A stretch of DNA of 47,000 nucleotides from an uncultured Lachnospiraceae bacterium (GCA_947631755.1 CANRMO010000001.1:1-47000); one strand, 5' to 3'; shown: positions 1 through 6,844, counted from the first letter of the stretch. Notes: generated by a model not told the origin, from the letters alone. Made by a program: numbers and translations.

Positions 1-55
1 GGAGCACCGCCAAAAAAGTGGACACAGGGAAGGGAAGTGTAATAGAATAAGGGGG
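1..55 (+). repeat. 55-bp exact copy of the IS3 left end (IRL plus inward promoter TGGACA-N18-TAGAAT), not followed by a transposase
   Basis: 1-55 is identical to 5274-5328, which directly precedes IS3 orfA; sequences diverge after TAAGGGGG; copy is cut by the window edge. Confidence 0.85.
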
Positions 56-204
56 GTTGTATTGTTTTTACATCTGCACGAGCAGATTGAACATGCAGGC
101 ACAGTCCTGTGGCGGCTAAAACGGAAAGCAGCATAAAAACAAGTAGCTATTTTTAACCGGCTATGATATGATAAAATTAAGGAACAATAAAAGGGAGGAG
201 ACCA

Positions 205-299
205 TTGGGGGCAGGGTTATTGCCGGGGGAAAAGAAAATGATCTTAAAGAATGCGTTTGATTGGCAATGACGAAAACAATGGAAAGAAAGGCGATGGAG
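205..299 (+). pseudogene. Frameshifted remnant of the region preceding an Rpn-family C-terminal domain
   Basis: Frame from 205 reads LLPGEKKMILKNAFD and stops at 268-270; adding one base at about 260 continues as LAMTKTMERKAMEMCNLSQG, resembling the EKKxILxxxFDIxMTxxxExExxEMCNLSQG pattern I recall from clostridial Rpn/PD-(D/E)XK proteins. Confidence 0.5.
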
Positions 300-476
300 A
301 TGTGTAATCTTTCACAGGGAATCGTGGACAGGATTACTGTTGAATACATTATGAGTATGATGAAAAAATTACAATTATCTGTAGAGGAATGTATGGATGC
401 GTTAAGTGTTCCGGAGGAACATCGGGAACTGTACCACATGATGTTACAGGAAAAAATAGAAGTCAGTCAGATTTAG
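300..476 (+). CDS. 58-aa stand-alone Rpn-family C-terminal domain (RpnS-like small protein), MCNLSQG type
   Basis: GAAAGG RBS 8 nt before ATG at 300; MCNLSQGIVDR...MMKKLQLSVEECMDALSVPEEHRELY resembles helical C-termini of Rpn-like nucleases. Confidence 0.65.
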   Translation: MCNLSQGIVDRITVEYIMSMMKKLQLSVEECMDALSVPEEHRELYHMMLQEKIEVSQI

Positions 477-573
477 CATGACTGTTTTTATTTCTGCTGA
501 TACATAGATTATGTGATATCGGTTATTACTCTTGCTATATATTGGGGATCCAAATAGAGAGGAGGAGATTGAT

Positions 574-750
574 ATGTGCCTGGCTATCCAGAAAATGAAA
601 GAAGAAAGTGAAAATCTCGGAAAAATTATTGGCTTTATACAAGCAAGTAAAGGATTTGGAAAAACACAGGAAGAAACAATTAAATATATTTTAACACAAT
701 TCAAAATCGAAACAGAACAGGCTATTGAGTATGTAAATGAATATTGGTAA
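574..750 (+). CDS. 58-aa stand-alone Rpn-family C-terminal domain (RpnS-like small protein), MCxAI type
   Basis: Strong RBS GAGGAGGAG (encoding EEE in frame) before ATG at 574; MCLAIQKMKEESE...ETIKYILTQFKIETEQAIEYVNEYW resembles a second Rpn C-terminal subfamily. Confidence 0.65.
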   Translation: MCLAIQKMKEESENLGKIIGFIQASKGFGKTQEETIKYILTQFKIETEQAIEYVNEYW

Positions 751-756
751 AACTTC

Positions 757-785
757 TTGCAATCCCCCGGAAAATATGTTATATT
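757..785 (+). promoter_or_regulatory. sigma-A promoter of antitoxin RNA 1
   Basis: TTGCAA (757-762), 17-bp spacer, TGn-TATATT (780-785); conserved at 6527-6555. Confidence 0.8.
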
Positions 786-791
786 AGACGC

Positions 792-894
792 AGGAAAAGG
801 GAAAGCCATAAAAGCGGCTCTACCCTCCTAGTAATTAGCTGTTACTAAAACAACAGCCGTCACTAGTGCGAATAGTGGCGGCTATTTCTTTTTT
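792..894 (+). ncRNA. Putative type I antitoxin antisense RNA, copy 1 (about 100 nt; ends approximate)
   Basis: Own promoter, no ORF, ends in hairpin AGCCGTCACTA/TAGTGGCGGCT (855-883) plus T-rich tail; convergent with and overlapping the toxin stop codon. Confidence 0.7.
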
Positions 895-977
895 CCCTTG
901 ACTATCTGATAAATCAAATTCGCAAGGGCAACAATGAGTATTCCAATCTGGATTAAGTCCTGATATGTAACATACAT
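882..977 (-). CDS. Type I toxin, 31-aa holin-like membrane peptide MYVTYQDLIQIGILIVALANLIYQIVKGKKK
   Basis: AAGGAGGG RBS, ATG at 977, one hydrophobic helix plus basic tail; second copy at 6655-6750 differs only synonymously apart from the start codon. Confidence 0.85.
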   Translation of the reverse strand: MYVTYQDLIQIGILIVALANLIYQIVKGKKK

Positions 978-1079
978 TGTATCGCCCTCCTTTCTTTCGT
1001 CTGGAGGGCTACCTGAACCCTCCGCAAAAATTAAGAGGGGTAAAGCCGCCTTTGGCTCTATGGTCTTTCCCATGCCGAT

Positions 1080-1108
1080 AATATACCACAATTCCCAACA
1101 CATTACAA
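1080..1108 (-). promoter_or_regulatory. sigma-A promoter of toxin mRNA
   Basis: Minus strand TTGTAA, 17-bp spacer, TGn-TATATT; gives a structured 5' UTR of about 95 nt. Confidence 0.75.
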
Positions 1109-1186
1109 CATTCTTTTCGATTTCCCCATTGCTCTGGCTTACCATCAATAGCGAATTGCCCCTATCCACTCCGCCTATACTAAATA

Positions 1187-1233
1187 CACAAAAAACCGCG
1201 TCTACAGATTTTTCGTAAACGCAGTTTTTTGTG
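1187..1233 (-). terminator. Intrinsic terminator after the secreted-protein genes
   Basis: Imperfect inverted repeat CACAAAAAACCGCGTCTAC/GTAAACGCAGTTTTTTGTG just past the stop at 1242. Confidence 0.7.
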
Positions 1234-1241
1234 CAAAATTA

Positions 1242-2171
1242 TTATTTTACTTTATAATTCTTTGTCAGGCTCTTATAACCGCTCTTTGTCACTTTGATAA
1301 CGACTTTCGTTCCCTTTTTGAGCTTAGCGGTCTTCAGCGTAAAGCTCTTGCCTTTCACCTTTGCCTTTTTGTATTTCTTCTTGCCAACCTTGATTTTGAC
1401 AGTTGCCTTCTTTACAGAGACTTTTCCGGTGATTTTCTTTTTGCCCTTTTTCACTTTTACGGCAGAAAGCTTCATAGTCTTTTTCTTTGTTGTTGTCTCT
1501 TCCTTTTTATCCTCTGTCCCCTGATTGGCTCCCGCATTATCTCCGGTTGTTGCCGGCGGCTGCGTCGTAACCTGTACATTGCCGCCACCTGTTGTGTCAA
1601 CTCCCTCCGGTGCTGCCGCATAAATGTTCACGCCGCCGAAGATAGAATATATACGCACCCTGTAATTATCTGCCATGGATATGCCGGAAGCAGAAAATGC
1701 CATCCGCGTTTTCTTATCGACTGTATCATATAAGTCAATGGTCATATCCCTTTTTGTGGAATCTGCTGCATTTTTTACGCTCTTAACCGTAATTTTAACC
1801 ATATGCATCTCTTCTCCCAGAGCACGCAGGCCTTTCAAAGTCTTGTCTTCCGCTTTGAAAGTGCCATTCCCATCCGGATATACCCATCCCCCCTGCTGTG
1901 TTTCTGTTGTCATAAAGTTGGTATCATCATATGCCTCAATGCCAATATCATCATTTCCTGTCGCACCTTCCACATACAAAACCACAGTTCCATCAGCTGC
2001 GGCCGGATAATCCTTGCTTTTGGGAGCATTTGCAGTCCATTCAGTCCAGCCAGAAGCTGCAGCTGTCAGTGTCTCTGTCGGCGTTGTTGCCGCCTTTGAA
2101 ATAACCGGAACACTAAAGACCATAGATGAAGCCAGCAAAGCCGCCATGATCTTACTATAAAATTTTCTCAT
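1242..2171 (-). CDS. Secreted protein with unknown N-terminal domain, Thr/Gly linker and Lys-rich C-terminal beta domain
   Basis: Signal peptide MRKFYSKIMAALLASSMVFSVPVISKA; AGGAGG RBS; C-terminal about 80 aa closely match the C-terminus of 2313-4925. Confidence 0.85.
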   Translation of the reverse strand: MRKFYSKIMAALLASSMVFSVPVISKAATTPTETLTAAASGWTEWTANAPKSKDYPAAADGTVVLYVEGATGNDDIGIEAYDDTNFMTTETQQGGWVYPDGNGTFKAEDKTLKGLRALGEEMHMVKITVKSVKNAADSTKRDMTIDLYDTVDKKTRMAFSASGISMADNYRVRIYSIFGGVNIYAAAPEGVDTTGGGNVQVTTQPPATTGDNAGANQGTEDKKEETTTKKKTMKLSAVKVKKGKKKITGKVSVKKATVKIKVGKKKYKKAKVKGKSFTLKTAKLKKGTKVVIKVTKSGYKSLTKNYKVK

Positions 2172-2312
2172 TACTTCATTCCTCCTAGTTAAAATTAACT
2201 AAATACCTAAAGGGGCACTTCTTTATGCGAAGTGTCCCTTACAGGCTATCTTCTTCTTTTCACCAGTGCCGCCCAAAAACCGGGCGGCCGGCAGGACATA
2301 TCTGCTATATTC

Positions 2313-4925
2313 TTATTTTACTTTGACTGTCTTGCTCACTGTCTTGTAATTCTTCTTTGTTACTTTGATCTTCACCTTCGTGCCCTTTTTCAGTTTCGCA
2401 CACTTAAAGGTGAATTTCTTACCTTTTACTTTCGCTTTTTTGTATTTCTTCTTGCCTACTTTTACTTTTACTGTCGCTTTCTTCACCGAAACTTTTCCGG
2501 TTACCTTTTTGCTCCCTTTCTTCGCTTTCACCCCTGACAGTTTCATCGTTCCTTTCACTGTCATGGATTTCGTCGCTGACGTATATCCCTCTGCGGAAGC
2601 CTTTACCGTCACTTTTGTCCCGATTTTCAGCTTTGAGCATTTGAGGGTGAATTTCTTGCCGCTCATCGACGCTTTCTTATATGCTGCCTTGCCAATTTTC
2701 ACCTCAACCGTTGCGCCTGGGGCATTTACCTCGCCCGTCACTTTCTTCGCACCTGCTTTTGCGCTGATACTCTTGATCATCATGGTCTTCTTCTGTGTGT
2801 TCGTTGTTGTCTTGGCAGGCTCCACAGCCTTATTATCAGCCGCTGTTGTTGTAAGCTTGGCGACATCCTCTGCTGACAGTACTGTGTTATAGAATGCCAG
2901 GTTGTCAATTGAACCGGAGAAATCCCTGTCCCCGCTCCAGTAACTTGTGCCCACATAGTTAGATGTAAACTTCTTGGCTGCCTCTAAGATATGGCTATAA
3001 TTGTCATCCTTGTAAGTCAGTTTTGCCTGTCCGTCATAGTACAGTGTCATCGTATCCTTGCTCACGGTCACAGTGATGGTATCCCAGCGTCCGCATTTGG
3101 ATGCATCCTTGTACCACTCGAAGTTTGCAAAAGAGTAGTCATTCAGCCCGGTTGCAGCACCCTCTGTGCTTTTGCCATCATATGTGAATACTACGCCGCT
3201 TCCGCACATTCCAAGCTTGATAGTGCTGTTGTCCTTTCCACTGAGGCCGTCGAAATCAACGAAAGAGCTAAGTGCTGTGGTAAAGTGGTAGCCGACTGTC
3301 GCACTCTCACCTTTCATCTCATTGCCCGGTGTGCTGTCGCCCAGCATGAGAATGGATGTCCAGTCATGAGTATCCGTAGCTGAATTCACCTTTACGTCTG
3401 CTGTCCAGGTAAACCCGTTGCTGAAATCAAAGGAGCCCAGGCTGCCGATCTTTGCATAAGATTTGTTGTTCTGTGTGGTGGAGCTTGCCAGGTTCAAGAC
3501 GCCGTCTTTCACTGCCGCATCCCCGGCCAGCTCAATCCCGTCTGCGTTATCAAATGTGTAAGAAAGGACTGGCTTTGTCGTAATCTTTGTCAGATCCGTT
3601 CCCGGCTGGGATCCTGCCTCGCCTGTCTTCGGAGCCGTGTAGGTAACCTCCCCGGTCAGGGTCTTTGTAGCATAGCCTTCTTTTTCAGCAGTCAGTGTAA
3701 CAGTATATTTTGTGCCACTGGTCATATCCGCTTTCTTGATCTGCCCGCCGCTCTCTGTCAGTGTGGCAATCGTTTTGTTCCCATCAGAGACAACAGCCTT
3801 GCATGTAACACCCTCGCCTTTTACATTCCAGGTTACGTTGTATACTTCACCACCATCGGTGATCTTTAAGCCGGATACAAGTTCTTCATCGTAGACATAC
3901 TTATCACCTGCTTTTTTAACAGATATTTTTTTCGTAACTTTTGTATCCAAATAACCACTCTTTGCCGCCGTTAATTCAACAACATACTCTCCTTCTTCTG
4001 TGAGCGGTTTACTATACGAACCTGTTGTCCCTTCAACCGTAATCTCTTCTGCATTAACTGCTGTGTCATTGATTTTCAATGTGTATGAATCCGGCGCAAC
4101 CTTTTCAGTAAAAGAGATCTCTAAATTCTTTCCATCTTCAGAAATCTTCACAGTAGTATTACTAAACAACGGATCCGCTTTAACATTGCTTCCTGTAGCA
4201 AGAGCATAAACCTGCGAAGCAGTCAGTGCCTTGTCATAGAATTCAATATTGCCAACCTTACCATTTACCTCATCATATGTCTCTGCCCCCCAGAATGATC
4301 CCAGTCCAAGCAACACTTTGTTTGCCTTACCAAGGAAAGTCAACACATTGCTGTAATCCGTAAGATCATCTCCTGCGGGGTGTGTCATCGTAGCCTGGTC
4401 ATACGCCAGCACACCGTCTACGTAAACAGCAAAACCATTCGCATCAAATGTCATGGTTACGACCTGTTTCCCACTTGCCTTGAAACACTTCTTATCTGAC
4501 GCATACTTCGCCGTACCGTCTGCATTCACTGCCATATTTGCATCAAAATGACCACCGTCTGCATTATACCCCAAATAACTGCTGGGTGTTATATACATAC
4601 GTCCATCAATATTTGCAGTATCTTGGTTTACATTCTGCAACGCTATGATTGCTCCCAATTCCCTTACCGCTGCCCCTTCTGTCGGCTCATACTCAAAGGA
4701 AATTGTTGCTCCCTCTAAAGTTTTTCCTGCCAGCGGATTCTCATATGTATCCAGTGGAGTAGCAATCGCATTGCTTAAGTCAACGGAACTTCCTTTCAAA
4801 ATAGTTTCCACCGGCTGTGGCTCTGTCCCTTCGGCGCTTGCCAACGGTCCTGCCGCAAGCGGCGTGGAAAAAACCAATGCGGCCGCAAGCAGGGCAGATA
4901 ACCCCTTTTTCCAAATTTTCCTCAT
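2313..4925 (-). CDS. Secreted multidomain protein: two LamG/concanavalin-A-like domains, Ig-like repeats, two Lys-rich C-terminal repeats
   Basis: Signal peptide; LamG-type motifs YVDG...GNIEFYDKALTASQV and LYYDG...FSGSIDNLAFYNTVLSAEDV; AGGAGG RBS. Confidence 0.85.
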   Translation of the reverse strand: MRKIWKKGLSALLAAALVFSTPLAAGPLASAEGTEPQPVETILKGSSVDLSNAIATPLDTYENPLAGKTLEGATISFEYEPTEGAAVRELGAIIALQNVNQDTANIDGRMYITPSSYLGYNADGGHFDANMAVNADGTAKYASDKKCFKASGKQVVTMTFDANGFAVYVDGVLAYDQATMTHPAGDDLTDYSNVLTFLGKANKVLLGLGSFWGAETYDEVNGKVGNIEFYDKALTASQVYALATGSNVKADPLFSNTTVKISEDGKNLEISFTEKVAPDSYTLKINDTAVNAEEITVEGTTGSYSKPLTEEGEYVVELTAAKSGYLDTKVTKKISVKKAGDKYVYDEELVSGLKITDGGEVYNVTWNVKGEGVTCKAVVSDGNKTIATLTESGGQIKKADMTSGTKYTVTLTAEKEGYATKTLTGEVTYTAPKTGEAGSQPGTDLTKITTKPVLSYTFDNADGIELAGDAAVKDGVLNLASSTTQNNKSYAKIGSLGSFDFSNGFTWTADVKVNSATDTHDWTSILMLGDSTPGNEMKGESATVGYHFTTALSSFVDFDGLSGKDNSTIKLGMCGSGVVFTYDGKSTEGAATGLNDYSFANFEWYKDASKCGRWDTITVTVSKDTMTLYYDGQAKLTYKDDNYSHILEAAKKFTSNYVGTSYWSGDRDFSGSIDNLAFYNTVLSAEDVAKLTTTAADNKAVEPAKTTTNTQKKTMMIKSISAKAGAKKVTGEVNAPGATVEVKIGKAAYKKASMSGKKFTLKCSKLKIGTKVTVKASAEGYTSATKSMTVKGTMKLSGVKAKKGSKKVTGKVSVKKATVKVKVGKKKYKKAKVKGKKFTFKCAKLKKGTKVKIKVTKKNYKTVSKTVKVK

Positions 4926-5095
4926 ACCAAAAAATTCCTCCTTTTAAAAAATAAAATAAAAAAACCAACGAGTTGCGTTGTAACGCCAATATGCCCCGGG
5001 GGGCGGCCCGCCCGCGCCCCCGCGTGCGGTGGGGTGGGGGCAGGGTCGGGAAAGGGAGCGGCTGTCAAGCGGGAGGGAGAAAATACCAGCGTGCG

Positions 5096-5230
5096 GTGTA
5101 AGGGTGTGAGGGGGTGCGCGGGGTGAGGGAGGGTGTGAGGGGGGTGCGCGGGGAGAGGGAGGGTGTGTAAGGGTGTGAGGGGTGTGCGCGGGGTGAGGGA
5201 GGGTGTGTGAGGGGGTGCGGGGAGAGGGAG
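5096..5230 (+). repeat. G-rich tandem repeat, four units of about 30 bp (AGGGTGTGAGGGGGTGCGCGGGGTGAGGG) arranged as two 69-bp dimers; G-quadruplex motif
   Basis: Units start at 5101, 5130, 5170 and 5200; many G3-G6 runs with 1-7 nt loops; embedded in a GC-rich tract 4993-5270. Confidence 0.85.
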
Positions 5231-5342
5231 AGGTGTCAGAGGAAAGCGGCGAGGTGGGACCATACCCAGGGTTGGAGCACCGCCAAAAAAGTGGACACAG
5301 GGAAGGGAAGTGTAATAGAATAAGGGGGAGGAGGCGGGAAAG

Positions 5343-5624
5343 ATGAGGAAACAGAAAAGGTACGGCGAAGAATTCAAAAAAAAACTTGTCTCTCTTTACC
5401 ACAGCGGCAAGACCCAGGCCGGGCTCTGCAGGGAATATGGCGTATCAGAGTCCTCTATGGCCAGATGGATAAAGCAATATTCCACTATACAGACAGACTC
5501 AGGTGAAGTCCTTACTGCCAGACAAGTCAGTGAACTCAAAAAACGCAACGCACAGTTAGAGGAGGAAAATCTCATATTAAAAAAAGCAATTGCCATCTTC
5601 ACGCCACACTCAGGCAACGATTAG
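5343..5624 (+). CDS. IS3 transposase OrfA (HTH plus leucine zipper)
   Basis: YGEEFKKKLVSLY...LCREYGVSESSMARWIKQY...LEEENLILKKA; A7G slippery site at 5579-5586. Confidence 0.92.
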   Translation: MRKQKRYGEEFKKKLVSLYHSGKTQAGLCREYGVSESSMARWIKQYSTIQTDSGEVLTARQVSELKKRNAQLEEENLILKKAIAIFTPHSGND

Positions 5625-6478
5625 ATGCTGTCTATAAGCTCCGCTTCCAGCATGATATCAAGACACTCTGCCGTGTCCTGAATGTCAACAGGAGCACCTA
5701 TTACAAACATTTCCGAAAGGAACCTGCTCCCCGTACACTGGAAAACCAGCGCATTAAGAGCATGATCCTACATATTTATGCGGATTATGACAAACGTCCC
5801 GGAGCTTATAAAATCCAGCATATCCTAAAGCGTGATTATGGCATAAACATCAGTACCGGAAGAGTGTACCGGCTGATGAACAGCATGAAACTCCCTAAAA
5901 TGTCGACCGAAAAACTAAAAATTGCCTGTCACACGGACAACAGAGAATACAAAAACTACCTGCATCAGAAGTTTTCCCAGGATGCACCAAACCTCGTGTG
6001 GGTCAGCGACATCACGTATCTGAAAGCCGGTGGGAAATGGTATTATCTCTGTGTTGTGATTGACCTGTTTTCAAGGAAAGTTATCTCCTGGCATCTATCT
6101 GCCAGGGCAGATACCGACCTTGTTATAACGACTTTCCGAAAAGCTTACGAAGACAGAAATGCCCCCTATGGTCTCATGTTTCATTCAGACCAGGGGACAC
6201 AGTATACTGCTTATGCATTCCGTCAGCTTTTGGATTCCCTAAATGTGGTGCAGTCTTTTTCTAAAAAGGGATATCCCTTTGATAATGCTGTCTGCGAGTG
6301 CTTTTTCAAGTACCTCAAAAAAGAGCAGACAAACCGCCACAGCTATCATACATTCGATGAAATAAAACAATCTGTCCATGAATATATAGAGGGATATTAC
6401 AACTCCAAACGCCCTCATACATCATTGGGATACATGACACCAGACGAAGCGGAGGCTGCATACTGGGGCCAGAATTGA
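5582..6478 (+). CDS. IS3 transposase OrfB (DDE/rve domain), reached by -1 programmed frameshift
   Basis: Frame is open from the slippery site through LCRVLNVNRSTYY to the ORF-track segment; triad WVSDIT, HSDQG, AVCECFF intact. Confidence 0.92.
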   Translation, partial: KSNCHLHATLRQRLDAVYKLRFQHDIKTLCRVLNVNRSTYYKHFRKEPAPRTLENQRIKSMILHIYADYDKRPGAYKIQHILKRDYGINISTGRVYRLMNSMKLPKMSTEKLKIACHTDNREYKNYLHQKFSQDAPNLVWVSDITYLKAGGKWYYLCVVIDLFSRKVISWHLSARADTDLVITTFRKAYEDRNAPYGLMFHSDQGTQYTAYAFRQLLDSLNVVQSFSKKGYPFDNAVCECFFKYLKKEQTNRHSYHTFDEIKQSVHEYIEGYYNSKRPHTSLGYMTPDEAEAAYWGQN

Positions 6479-6526
6479 ATACACAGGATGAGGGGCTCAT
6501 AAGAGTCTCTCATTGCCATGCCTTAT

Positions 6527-6555
6527 TTGCAATTTCCCGGAAGATATGTTATATT
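6527..6555 (+). promoter_or_regulatory. sigma-A promoter of antitoxin RNA 2
   Basis: TTGCAA-N17-TATATT with extended TG, homologous to 757-785. Confidence 0.8.
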
Positions 6556-6561
6556 AGACAC

Positions 6562-6666
6562 AGGAAAAGGGAAAGCCATAGAAGCAGCTCTACCCTCATT
6601 CGATAACTTTTTACCTCATACGAGGCAAGCCGTCACTATTGGTGGTAGTGGCGGCTATTTCTTTTT
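6562..6666 (+). ncRNA. Putative type I antitoxin antisense RNA, copy 2
   Basis: Homologous to 792-894; conserved 5' block and terminator stem (6628-6656), divergent linker and loop. Confidence 0.65.
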
Positions 6667-6750
6667 GCCCTTCACTATCTGATAAATCAGATTCGCAAGG
6701 GCAACAATGAGTATACCTATCTGAATTAGATCCTGATATGTAACATATAT
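6655..6750 (-). pseudogene. Second type I toxin copy with ATG changed to ATA and leader/promoter absent
   Basis: Codons 2-31 give the same peptide as 882-977; RBS retained; first codon ATA; homology to copy 1 ends about 20 nt upstream. Confidence 0.75.
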
Positions 6751-6844
6751 TATATCGCCCTCCTTTCTTTGTCCTGTCACACTTTACTGTTGATGGACTA
6801 AGGGTTCCCACAACAAATTTAGGAACACCGCTATAGGATCCTCC

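Larger units (their letters stand above)
5273..6478 (+). mobile_element. IS3-family insertion sequence; left end present, right inverted repeat not found
   Basis: Starts TGGAGCACCGCCAAAAAAGTGGACAC; orfA/orfB in -1 relative frames; no reverse-complement match seen after the orfB stop. Confidence 0.9.

Noticed and set aside
978-1169. N-terminal 64 aa of the 95-aa ORF-track protein 882..1169
   Set aside because: Covers the toxin promoter and structured leader; the strong RBS lies before ATG 977.
5096-5230. Possible CRISPR array
   Set aside because: Units abut without unique spacers, are low complexity, and no cas genes are present.
1-5328. Composite transposon carrying the secreted-protein genes
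   Set aside because: Both visible IS ends are left ends in direct orientation; no right end or target duplication can be seen, and the left context is outside the window.
4922-5402. Pro/His/Thr-rich ORFs of about 150 aa on the minus strand
   Set aside because: Stop-free by-products of the C-rich strand of the G-rich repeat; no RBS; overlap the IS end.
6611-6811. 66-aa ORF on the minus strand
   Set aside because: Alternative frame over the toxin pseudogene; the synonymous-only conservation is in the toxin frame.
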